From Cercozoa sp. M6MM (Eukaryota; Protista; Endomyxa: Ascetosporea), in the NCBI GenBank assembly GCA_040357565.1, contig JBDODJ010000040.1: a stretch of DNA of 64,000 bases; one strand, given 5' to 3'. A program made the position numbers and the translations under genes. The notes under the pieces were generated by a model, which saw only the letters and a program-made list of their open reading frames with translations, was not told the origin of the DNA and ran no database searches. Of this stretch, positions 1 to 12,520 are shown piece by piece. The stretch's first letter is position 1; each line of letters begins with the position of its first letter.

Positions 1-1327
1 CTTCCACGCCGATGTGAGTTCGTCACTAGAAAACATGGGTCGTATACATCATAGTGGTGTGTCTGTCTTGCACCGCAGACCTCGTCACAGGAATCGCACT
101 TACGACGGGTAGCGCAGTCGTGATGTTGAACTACTGCAGTGCAAGAACGTACTTGTACGCAACGCTGGAGCATGTACCTTTACATCCTCATATGTGTAAA
201 CCTTCGAGAAAGGAAATAATCCATTTGATTGTTGGCGCAGTTGTGGTACTCGCTACGGTGCAAGCACGTGAGAAAGGCGATTCGAAGTTCAATGCCGTCG
301 TTTGTCGCCGCTTTGTTTGCGTAACCATAGCGCTTCTATTCCTTGCGTGTGGTTGGATGACTGGAATCAACAGAACTCGTTGCAACACACCACCGCAGGC
401 AGCGTGGAGTCATCTGCAGAAAGGAACCACTGTATTGTCCCTGTACAACAAACACATACATGGCCCTTCTGCTCCTTACGCTTGCACTTTCCTGCCTGTG
501 CCTGTGAGTAGAAGTTAGTAACTGCGCTGGCAAACACAGTGTCGCACTCGACGAGCTCAAGTGACAGTGTTGACGCAGTACACAACTTTCCTGTGGGTGG
601 GGTGTGTCATCCGATCGTCAATGAATATTGACTTTGGTTAGATTGACGGCAAGCACGGACTTGAACATGTTCGCACAATGCTAGCTGCGTGGGTTATCGA
701 TACACGGGTAAACTGACAGCGAATCAATACAGTTTATTGTGTTTCACAGCTGGTCTTTGGTGAGAGCTAAAAAATAGTAAAGTTGAACTAAAGAATGAAC
801 TAAAGCAGAAAGCGAAAGTGGCACTGACAAAAGGATCGCAGAAGCTGACTCTGACGTCGCAACAGCGTGAGCTTGTTGCTCGCCACGTAAACTGCTTGTG
901 AATCATCACATTATATGTAGCTTAACATTCCATCTCATTTAGGTACTTGATACCCTGACTGGACGGCACGTGACGAGCTCAAAAGTATTGGCACTGCCGG
1001 GTTACGGAGCAATCGATTTTGACGATGCCGCTTGGGTCGTTAATGGAGTAAATTATACCTCTTTCTTTTTGACACCCTTGATGTGCGTCTTGTAGGCGCG
1101 ACTTCAAGTTCAGCTCACTGCGGTAAAAGGCACAGATTCGCGGCAACGTGGCGTCATTGCTCTGACGGGTTGTGCACCTTCGGCCGTGCGCATTACTGTC
1201 AGTCGGAGCGACGATTGAGCCGAGTTGCGCACAGCGAGAGACTGTCTTTTTGGAAGAATCAAAACGCACCGCACCATCCATCCATGACTGAACGGGACGC
1301 TGACAGTAGCCTTAGTTCTTCAGTCAT
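1..1327 (-). CDS. Hypothetical multi-exon protein, 3' part outside window
   Basis: ATG at 1327 (MTEELRLLSASRSV...) followed by short exons joinable through GT-AG introns (e.g. VYTYEDVK|FNITTALPVVSAIPVT near the left edge). Head-to-head with the gene at 1532. No recognisable domain. Confidence 0.4.
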
Positions 1328-1531
1328 GTGTTAAGAGCCTGAACCCTTGGTAAAATTTATAGGCTAGTTCATTTCGAATCGAAAATGGCTCAGGCTTTCA
1401 GAGTAGCTCTGTTCCAGTCTTTGAAACTGATATCGCCTCGTCTTTCGGACTTTCACGTCGATTTGTCTCGCAAATGAATGACATTTTCCATACGATGAGG
1501 CACTAACAGAGCAACATACTGTTAGGGTAAG

Positions 1532-4500
1532 ATGTCTCTCTCCACACCGTCCCGTCAGCCCAGTACTGATCGAAACGCGAGGCAAACTAGAGTTCAAAAT
1601 GATCTCTCAGTCTGCGACGCTGACACCGATATGCACGGCAACACTGCAAGCTCTCCGGTGAGCGCACCTCCGCAACAACAACGCCGACAAGAACGACGGT
1701 TGCTGTTAAAAGCTCTGGAGTCTCGCGATACTGACAGTTTGTTCTCTGTGTCACCCGGCACTTCTTTTGCCACGAGTGCGAGTCATGGCGACCCTGTCCC
1801 AGTATTTAAACATACCTTCCCGCGCTTGCATTTAATCCGCACTGTTTTGCAAAATCTAATCGCTATGATGTGACAGAAAACCGTCGAAGAGCAGGAGCTG
1901 GTGAAGCAAGCGCAAACTGCAACAGACAAACTCGCGCAGCAGCTGTGCAACCGCGCTCGGAACTCGCAACTCTGCACTCATGTCGCACAGCACACGGCGC
2001 TGGCACCTGGATGCTGTCTGGTGACCCAACCTATCCGAGCGCGCGATGCTAACCGCAGCAACGCAGAGCAGCGTCGCATTTTCCGGCAGGAACTCGTCCA
2101 GCGACTGGACATGCATAAGCAGTTTTTGCACTCCCTTTCGCCATTTGGTAAAACATCTATTTCCCACAGTTCACCTCAAAAAAACGTAGGAATTCAAGTT
2201 TGCGCTGTTTTTAGACAATGTGGAAGACAGTCCGCTGTCTGCAGCAGCGCAAGCGCTTCGTGACGCTGCCGTCACTGGCAAATGCAGGCGCATCGTCATA
2301 CATGGCGACATGTCGATATTCCAGTCGATACAGCGATACTTGCTGCGATCGCTGCCACCGTAGCTTTCGATATGAGAAGTCATGCCATGAAAACATCAGC
2401 TGTGCGCAGGCAAGATCCCTTCGATCCTGTGGCAGCTTCGTCTGCTTTGGACGCGACGTTTCTGCTGAACAGAAACACGGCCTGTGCTGCGGTGTTTTGG
2501 ATGCGACTTGACGAAGGGTGCGCATAGACATCACCTGCACCACAGTTATACTGCCGTATGTATGCGTGTATGTGCAGAGAGGGTGCCAGACTGGCCGCCG
2601 TGCAGACAACGCAGGTGCCACTGACTCCGCTCTCTCGCAAGGGAGTGTTTGGATCGGCAGCCACCTTGAAGTCGCCGTCGGCAGCCCGGCACTATGTGCG
2701 CTCAATCGCCGACAGTCACTCTTTCGGTAGTATGCCCTTGTCTTTCCGTGTTGTTGCCTTCCTCCAAGATGGTATGTCTAACAGACAAAACAACCGAGTC
2801 GATGAGTGCACAATACGACGCAAGGAATCACTTTGTCGAAGTGGTGCGCCGCTTTGGTGACACATGGGAAGTCGACGGGTACCACTCCAGCAATGCACTT
2901 CAAAAACAGCACGCGACATATGGTTCATGCAGACAAGGCAACACGGTATCGATCGACCGAGATCCGAGGAAGGAAGCCCAAAAACTGCTTTGCAGTCCGC
3001 GGTATGCGAGTGGTCGCATTCCTGACAGCAGCAGTTCCGACGACACCGGCGACGACAGCGACCGACTTGGAGCACTCGTGGTTTCGCTGTTGCGAACAGG
3101 CATGGCTGTGGAAGTCTGCACACAGGTACCTTCTCCTGCACTACTGCTGTAGTCTTGTGCGAATGACCCTTGTCTCGACAGATCGTGGCAGTGCTCGCTG
3201 CCGAAGCCCACTTGCGCAACATTCGCTACGCCAAAGTAGTGGACGTCTCTGGGTATCAACTTCGAATAGTTTTGCTTGTCAGAGTTAACAACGTGTGCCT
3301 GTGCAGAAAGCAAGGCAAGTACGAACGAGCCAAGTGCCAATTTACAGATCGCAAAAGCAGGTATACTTCTACCTTGAGTCTTTATCTTACCTCTGTAAAC
3401 TTACGTTCCCCTCGCCCCGCAGAAAGAGCGTTGCGTACGCCTCTGAATTGCTTGGGGTGCCGCTCTCGTTGATGCAGTGGATCCTGCTGCACAAACACGT
3501 ATCGATACCGGTTCCAATGCGCGAGGAACTGCACCGCTTGCGCACGCGGCCTTGCTCAGACCCGACCAAATACGACAGAGACATCTCCGAAAGTGATAGT
3601 TTCGCAAGCGTTGATCTCACCAACAATCCTTCCAGTAAACTACACTTTTGCAAGACTGTCGTGTTCGTGCTCACTCCGAATAATGTACGACATGCACATG
3701 TAGGAGCTTCTCATCGAAGCCGTCGAAGGAGGGTACTGCCATTTCCAGCAGACGTCGCAGTACACACTCGAGACGCCTTGTGTGCCGAGGTATCCCCTTC
3801 TGTCTGCCTTGTCTATCTCCACAGACTTTGTTCCCTTGTCGCCAGTTGCGACACCGACTGGAAGCTTGGGTGATGCAAAAGACACAGTACCACACCAACG
3901 GAGGCGTAGATATTGGCTCTGTCACTCCAGAGGACATGACACAGGACGACACAACTCCGCGGGTGTCAACACAGGAGCCAAGTGATCTCGAGTACGTTAA
4001 TGTAGCGTCTCGAAGCAGCAGCACTCTACGCGGCGGCGGCGTGCCTCCCAAGGGACCCCGGGTCATTGTCGACGACCAAGAGGTATGTCCAATATGTATA
4101 CTGGGGAGGGGGATGGCAACACTATCGAAATCTTGACGCAGGAACTCGACTTCGGCAACGTGTATTCCTCGGTGTCATCGGAGTCGCACATTACTCTGAC
4201 GTCGCTGAGTCACTCTGTGCAAAGGGAAGGAAAGCACGTACCCATTCAAGTCGTTTTTGTCCCTCGAGTTGAAAATGGTACGTATGCTTTTTATCTTCGA
4301 GCTGAGGTGAAGGTCAATACAACAACCAATTGGGTGCAGAGAAAGGCGGCATGACACAACTGATCTCGAGCATCATGCGCGAGCACTTGCGGCTACTCAT
4401 TTCCTACAACGTACTGTGGCACATCTATCGGCAAGCACTTCCACAAACTATCATGATGTGCATGTGTGCTACAGCTTCAAGAGGCAGCGCAATCGGCTCG

Positions 4501-7178
4501 TGAATTCGCCGATCGGGCAGTAAGTTTAAATTTTGCGCTTTATTTGACCAGCGTACCTACTTACAACTTGCTGATGAACCTCACAGGAGGAGCAAGGAAC
4601 GAACGTGGCAGACAACGTAGAGTCTGACACGGACCGACGCATTTTTGTGCGACAGCGTGACAGAGCAACGTCGCTTCGTCGCTTCGTGCATGAGGTCAGT
4701 TTACCAGTACTTAACCGAACACTCAACTTCAGTTGTTTGGTAAATTTATAGCTTGTGACTCTTGGCGTGCACGTGCCTCAAAAACGCTCAATGCGCCGTC
4801 GGAGACAGGTGTTCTTTCTTAATGTGGCACTACTGAAGCTATTCCAACCTTCTCCATAGATCCGACTCGCCATTCGTGAGTATGTGAAGGAGGAAGAGCG
4901 AAGAGAGCGAGGTAGTATATCACGGTGCCTGAGTTTGTACTTATGACTGCCTGTCTCACCCAGAGGAAAGGGTCGAAGTGAGAGTTTTTGGAGCACCGTC
5001 CTTGGAGGAACACAAAGGCGACTTTGTTCTGCGGCATTTTGATCGACGACGAGGTACAGGCAGCTGATCTTTCGTTGTGCAAAAGGAAGCGAACCTGTGG
5101 AACCTGGCAGGCTACAGCACGCGAAGACTGGCACACGAGCTTCGACACCGACTGACTGGTGACATACGGTACGCGCTGTCGCACAGTGCGCTGCGCTTGG
5201 TCCGCTCGCTGTTCCCGCGACCCCGACCTACTTCACCGACCCAAGTGAAGCCGTCGTTGATTGAGTGGGACACCTGCGCACTCGTTGCCACAGCTGCAGC
5301 AGCTGCGCGCAACGCACTCTTCTTCTGCAAGCACTGGATCTTCAGCAGCACCGACAACAGCGACATGCGCAAGGACCTGCACTTCCACATTGATGCGCAG
5401 TTGCTTCCTCGACACGGTGTGTGTTTCTTTGAGGATTTGGGTCTTGGAGACTTGAGTTACTTGCACACGTTGAGTAATATAGAGACACCGACTGTCGCGG
5501 TTCCATCTGAACATTTTGGGTATCTTGCTCAACACAAGTGCGCACAGTGGAGGTCCAAGGGTGCTTGCATGTCAGGCAACCCGAGTACGGTGGAACCTTC
5601 TTCGTGCTCCAGTTTGCGTTTGCGACGTCGTCTCCAGCGTAAATACTCTGTCAATTGTGGATCATCGCTTGTTCCTGAGGGTTGGTTCTCTTTTTAGGGC
5701 TGAAGACACACTTTCATCGTCTCTCCGGAGGTGGTGTTTCGCTTCAATCCTGCGTCGATTGGAGTTGGTACCGTCCAGTAGGTGATATCGGGTCACATAC
5801 TTCAACTTATAGTGGGCTGCTAGCAGAACAGTCGTTGGAGACATCGACTGCCGGGAAGAAAGTTCTGTCTTCGATACAAGAAACTCTTCTTTGCCGACCC
5901 GCGACAGACACTGCCGGACTTGTTTGGCGGCACTCGTGGAGACGCGACAGGGATCATCAGGCGCGCCGCTTTGGGAACTTCTGACGCTATGGTGCTCCCA
6001 GGGAAGGGTACGTCATGTTGTCTGCTTTGATTGCTTTTTTTAGAAAGCAGAAGTGTAAATTTACACTAACATCCAGGAGACTTTGAGGTCGCTTTCAGTG
6101 ACAAAGCACTTCGCGTGTTGGAAATCCATCGCTTGTTGCTCCCCGAAATCAACAGAACTGGTAGACTTACTGTAGTAACAAGCTCTAGGGTGACCAAACT
6201 TGTGAACTCTATAAATGTGTCGGTAGCACTCTCATTCTCAAGCGAAACCATCGAGACAGAGAGTGAAGAAACCGCCACAGTAAACTCAGTTTACCCTGAG
6301 AGTGCTGGCTAGCACCATGGTGGTGCTCTTAACTGCATGTAGGAGATACTGCCTCTGCCTCCGACGGATACTCTCGACTTGAGTGCTGCCGGAGAGAAGT
6401 GGCTACAGCAGGAACTCGGGCTCGACGACATCGACCCGAGTCGGCTTCTAGAGCAGTGGAGCCTAGTGCTCTCGCAGCGTGCACGTCGACGTCGCGGCAA
6501 AGCTCAGCGACTCAGCGAGCGTCACGAGCAAGACAGGTCGACGAAGATGGCATGGAACGCGACGGACTCGCTGCTGGAGTGGCTGCGACGGTTGATTTTC
6601 GGCGACTCGGAACTGCCGCTGCTGTCGGTCGAGAGCAGGCTAGTCGAAGAAGCGGAGGAAGCTGAGGAGGCTCGCTCGCGTGACACTCTGTTCAGTTGGC
6701 AGCAGGTGCAAGACTTACTGCCCTACGATCACGCTATGCCAGCTGTGACCCGAGCAACCTACATGATAACGTCGCCTCCGCTCTCTGCTCGCAGTTACTC
6801 CAGCGAAGAGGTATCGCATTAATAAGCAGCCCCCCTGTAGATACGGCGGGGACTCTAATCATGCTATAGCTGGCCGGCTTGAGAGAAAGAGCTGCGCAGG
6901 AGTTGCGGCACCAGCGAGAGCAGTGTGAGTTGCACAGACCAAGTGGAATGAGGGTGCTCTCAATTCTCCAAGATGATACAAGCACCTACGCGTCCTCGCT
7001 GGACGATCTTCGAGGCGGCGGCCTGCGCCAGCGACCTGTCGTCTACGTGAGTGCTCGTCGTTGGTTCTCGCTCGCATGGGCCATCGCTGGCGCGGTTTTC
7101 CTCTGCCTCGGGCTCGCCTACAGACGCCACGTTGTGCACGGGAACGCGCTCGATCTGATCACATGCAGCTTTGCTTGA
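1532..7178 (+). CDS. Large hypothetical multi-exon protein with C-terminal transmembrane segment
   Basis: ORF pieces 1532, 1901, 2558, 3780, 4085, 5077, 6115, 6379 and 6879 appear linked by short GT-AG introns (many but not all junctions traced). Last exon ends RRWFSLAWAIAGAVFLCLGLAYRR...FA*. Could be more than one gene. Confidence 0.55.
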
Positions 7179-7645
7179 GGGGACGTACCTGTCGTTTGCA
7201 GTTGGCATATTAAACACCTCGCCCAAAAATTTACTGTACCTTGGCCAGACAAACTGCTTCCCATAGACCTTCAGCAAGTACCTCACTGAGATTTCAGTTG
7301 TAGTTTATGACCTTCGCCTCCCCCGAATCAAAGAGCGTGCCTGCCGTTTCTCGAATGCAAGCATATTCTGGCGGGCACGCTTTTTTGGTTCCTTTCACGA
7401 CACGAAATTGGTTTAAATTTGAGATCGTGTGATTCTGAGGTTGGCACGTTGGTCACAATTGACTTACGCTGTAGCTACAAGCTGATTGTATTGCTATATC
7501 ACAATTAGACTGAAGCAAACACGTGCCAACGGTGAGTTTCGACCGCTAAGCCGTCGAGCGACGAGTCTGTTTGCTGTTTGGCGCTGCAGTTCGGGTGAAT
7601 TATAATCAATGTTTGTGTGCTTGTGCTTTTGCAGGAACAGACACA

Positions 7646-8633
7646 ATGACAAACTGCTGCATCTTTGGACCTCCTGGAGCAGGAAAAGGCACGCAGTGCG
7701 AACGAATCGTCGAGGAGTTCGGCATGGTACACTTGTCGACGGGAAACATTCTACGAGCAGCCGTAGAAGCCGACAACGACCTTGGCCGTAAAGCGAAGGA
7801 GTACATGGACCGCGGTGAGTTGGTGCCATCAGACCTCATCAACGCAATTGTGCTAGAGAAACTGAAGCAACCAGGTACAGCACATCAGATACTGCCCTGA
7901 ACAGGTATTTACTGTGTTTGTAATTGAGTATGCTGCTTAGACGTGCAGTCTAAGGGCTGGTTGCTCGATGGCTACCCTCGCACTGCCGGCCAGGCGCAGC
8001 TGCTCAAGGACAATGGTACAATTTTGTACCCTACTGCCCTCTCCATGACACCTTTCTTTCCCCTTATAGGCCTGCTGCCGGATGTGTTCCTGTGCCTGGA
8101 CGTTCCTCGGTACTTTGCATACTTTTTTGTCTCAGAAACTGAGTCGTATCTTGTTTCACGTGGTGTGTCGAAGTGAGGTTCTGGAGGAACGCGTCACTGG
8201 TCGTCGTCTCGACCCTGAGACAGGCAACGTGTATCACATAAAATACCGCCCTGCACCCAGAGAGGTAAATTTGCATTTGCTATTTAGTGTACTGACCGTG
8301 CATACGCATTTGAGCAGATACAAGACCGCCTCGTTCAGCGACCTGACGACACAGCAGTCCGTCCCATTTTACAGTTGTGGGTTCCACTTGGTATGACCGT
8401 GCTGTAGGAAAAACTACACGTCCGTCTGAATGCCTACGAGGACAATCTCGCCTCTGTTCGTCCCTTCTTCGTGCAGAGTGAGTGTGTCGTAGACGGCAGC
8501 AAAAACGTATGTTTTTGACTGCGTGTCGTTTGTACTACTACGTTTTTTAAACCCTCAGATGAGCGAGGTGACAGACATGGTCCTAGACGCTATCGCGCAG
8601 CACCACCGCGCACACGCCCAGGCAGAAGTATAA
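7646..8633 (+). CDS. adk: Adenylate kinase (7 exons)
   Basis: P-loop GPPGAGKGTQC, HLSTGNILR, GELVP, GWLLDGYPRT and GRRLDPETG...QRPDD. All six GT-AG introns keep frame. TAA at 8631-8633. Confidence 0.95.
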
Positions 8634-8878
8634 ACTTGAACGGAAGACAGGTCTTCCTTCTTCAGTCGAGTCCGCGTCTAGGTCTCGTCTTCCATTGCTC
8701 AAGTCGAACTCAAGCGAAAACGAAACCTCCGGTCAGCGCAGATTGTTACATACAGACATCACGATATAGGATACGATGCGATGGGAATACGTGTATGACA
8801 CATACTAACGGTAACTGTGAACGTAACCGACGGAACCCAGACCGAAACGAAAGGAACCAAGGAACGGAACGGAACGGA

Positions 8879-11675
8879 CTAAACCCAAGGCTGCCAGCCT
8901 TCGAACATGCGGCACAACAAGTCGGTGTCGGTTGCAGCGCGGATTAGCGAGTCCGTGGTGGCCGGACGCAACAGCTTGCGGCGCACCTGAGCAGCCACCG
9001 AGAGGCCCTGCTTGTTGAGCACGTAGACATTGGCCTCTGCGTCGTCGCCGGTGACGGTGTCATTGTTGTTGCCGCCGTCGACGGACAGGGTATGCGCTGA
9101 GCCCTTGGTCGGCTCGAGGGCAGGGAACTCGGTGTCGCTCATGCTGGTAGCAGCGACAGGCAGAGGCACATCGCGACTCGGCTGCGCCAGCGCGTGCGCG
9201 GCATCGTCGATGAGCGCCTGGGCGTGCCGCAGCAGGCGAACCGTGTGTTGCGACAGCACCTGTACACAGGGAATAGTTGCGGAGGGTCCGAGAAGGTCGA
9301 GGTCAAATGGACGGAGGGACAGGGCACCAGCAAGGGCGCAGAGTACACGTCAACTGAGACGTCGTCGGTGTCCTGTGCGACACCAATAGCACTGCCTCGA
9401 CCGTTGGTGTCGCCAAGCAGCGCGAGCACCTGGCGACGCGAGCTGTGCCACCACTGCATCAGTTGCCGGACGTCACGCGCCTTGGCAACGGCGTCGTTGG
9501 ACTGCAGCAGCTGCAGCAGTTGCTGGAGGTCCGACTCGAGCAGCTGCAGCGTCTGTCGCAGCGGCGTCTTCAGCTGACCGGCCTGTGGACGCAGACGCAC
9601 CAGCTGCTGCATCGTCTGGGCCAGGTGCTAAGGAAACAGAAGGCGCATACCAAGGTCCAGACAAAGCACTGATATGAGATACCGGAGTGAGCGAGGCCAC
9701 GTGTTGTCGCAACTGCTGCCAGCACACCTTGCTCTGCTGCAGGAGCACATCAAGTTCCACCATTAAGTCCTCCTCGAAGGAGTTGTCCTGCTGCTGCTGC
9801 TGCTGCTGCTGCTGTGCGATGCTTTCGTTACTGTCACCACTAGCAGTGACACTGGTCAGGTGATCCCACTGTGTCTTCTTCTTCGACTGCTTCTTTGACT
9901 TTCGCTTCTTCTGTTGTTGCTGTTGTTGCTGCTGCAGTTGCTGTTGTTGTTGTTGTTGTTGTTGCTGCTGCTGCTGCTGCTGCAGTTGTTGTTGCTGCTG
10001 TCTGTGCTGCTGCTTGAGCTGCTGCAGCAGGTCGCCAAGCTGCTTGGCATGCGTCCGTGTGGCATGACTCTGCTCGGCGTAGGTGCGACAGGCACTGGCA
10101 GCACGGTGCAACTGATCGGCGTACTGCTGCAGTTGCTGCACGGCAGCTGCCACCGCACTATCACTCACACCGCGAACGGTCTTGGAGACAGTAGCCTCTC
10201 TGTCCTCCTTGTCCTCGTCGACCTCGTCGTCGCTGTCGGCAGGCACGGCACCTGCCGAGGCTGCCGACAGCAGCGCGCGCTCTAGTCGCGAGGCCGAGCG
10301 CAGCTGCCGCAGCTGCATCGCAATCTGCTCGCGCAGCAGCGTCGCCTCGCATCGCCGTCGCTCCATGCTATCGGCCAGCTGCAGCAGCATACGCTCTGCC
10401 AGACCGGCTTCCTCTCTGCCAACACCGCGGGATATGCACAGGATATCTACGGGTCCAGACAAGGCCAATGTACGCATTGTGCGTGCGGTGTCGCTCGGCA
10501 CGTGTGCGCAGCCACTCCTCCTGCCAGCGCATCGAGGCGTCGGCGTGCCGCATCTCGCGGCGCAGCTCGCGCAGGTGTTCGCGCATTGTCGACAGCACAC
10601 GCAGGTGCCGCACGCGTGCCGGCAGACCTGGGTACACAGGGGGGCACACCAGGGTAGGACTGGCATCACAGACAGCGAGGAGGATACCTTGGGAACGCAG
10701 TTCCTTGCCAGCAGACGGAATGATGTGCTGGTGCAACCACGCGAGTCCGAGTGCGTGCGATCGGGCCTGCTGAAGCACCTGCGGCAGCGACAGAGGACAG
10801 GGCAGCATGCTAGCAATCACTCGAGGTGACAACTGGCACTGCAGGCGACAAAGGTGCATCACATGCAGTGCCTCTTCGCTCTGACCGGCCAGCGTGAAGC
10901 CCAGCTATAACGCACGATAGTATACGATACAGCCTTAGCATAGCTATAGCCATATCGCGGAAGAAAGATAAGTACATGAAGATGTGCCGTCACGAGTGTC
11001 TGCATGAGGGCCGCGAGCGGTGTGTCCAGTGCACTGTGCAGCAGTTTCGACATGCACAGCGACACGATACGCTGCACCTTGGTGGCGGCCAGTTGCGACA
11101 CTGTCGGCTGGTGGTAGGCCTCCTCGCTGCCCGTTTTGACACCAAGTGCCTGGAGTGGACTCGACCTGTAGGCACCCAAGAAGCTGCTGAGTTGGGCAGC
11201 TGCGTGCGACACAGTCGAGTCGCACACCTGGCGACTCCTATCGCACGTGAAGGCAACGACCGGACGGGCGGCCTGCAGGAAGTGCGACACGGCCGCATGG
11301 GCCTCGTTGAGTGCCGCATTTGGATCCGTCTTGCCCTCGCGGAAGAGAGCGACAGCACGTGCAGGCACCGTGATACACAGGAAGGTGCACAGCTGCGCCA
11401 GCTGACCGAGCAGTCCACCGACAGGTCGGGTCGAGTTGTCATCCACGTGCAGGTGCGGCAGCAGCAGCGACAGCACCTGCAACAGCGCATGCCGATCGGT
11501 GCCGACCTGAGCGACCTCGTGCGTGAAGGACAGGCCACAAGCACGCCGAAGTGACAGGTGTTCACTGCGTAGGACCGTGTCCAGAAGGCACATCACGGCA
11601 CCGCGTGTCTGCCGACTCTGCTGCAGTGCAGTCAGGTGACTCGACATCTCTGCCTGCAGTAACGACGCCTGTTGC

Positions 11676-11716
<41 letters not shown>

Positions 11717-12429
11717 TTCACTGATGTCACTGAACAAGGCGATTGTCCTGTGCAACAAAGCAGCATCGTCGGCGACATCAAGCACCGGTGCTGGCGCATC
11801 CTGCTTCTCTCCTTGCTCACTCGACTGCATTGCGTTGTGCGCATCGTGCTTCAGCTGCGCCTGCAGTCGCACCGCCGTCTGCAGCAGCGAGGCTCGCGAC
11901 GTGCCACTCAGCGTCGCCTCTAGCTGCGTCGCCGACACACCTCGCAGCACCGCGGCCTGTCCCCAGGGAGTACCAGTCTATAGAAGGATGCAAACAAAAA
12001 GGTACCATTTTGCACACGTGCGCAGCGGAGCGTCGCAAGGCGGAGCGACATTTGGAACTGGCGTCGGCCCACTCCTTGCACAGCACGCGCGTCTTGGATA
12101 CGATGCCTTCCTTAATCAGGTATTCGGACCCTTGCTGCAAGGGGTAGGGCACGGGTAGGGCAGCGGTAGGGCGTAGGAGCAGATAGATGCACAGACACCG
12201 AGAGAAGTACCTGCAACTGCACCGACTTGAGTAGACGCAGGACCTCGTCGTGCTCATGACTTGCGTCGGTAGTACCGGTGGCACGCATCACACTCGGCCA
12301 GTGCACCTGCAGGATCTGCGCCTCCTGCTGTTTGGCGCTCTCGATGACGCGCCAGGCCTCTGTGACCTCGTGCGCATGTCCTAACTCTGTCAACGGCGCT
12401 CGCAGTCGCTTCCTGGAGTTGGGTAAAAT

Positions 12430-12520
<91 letters not shown>

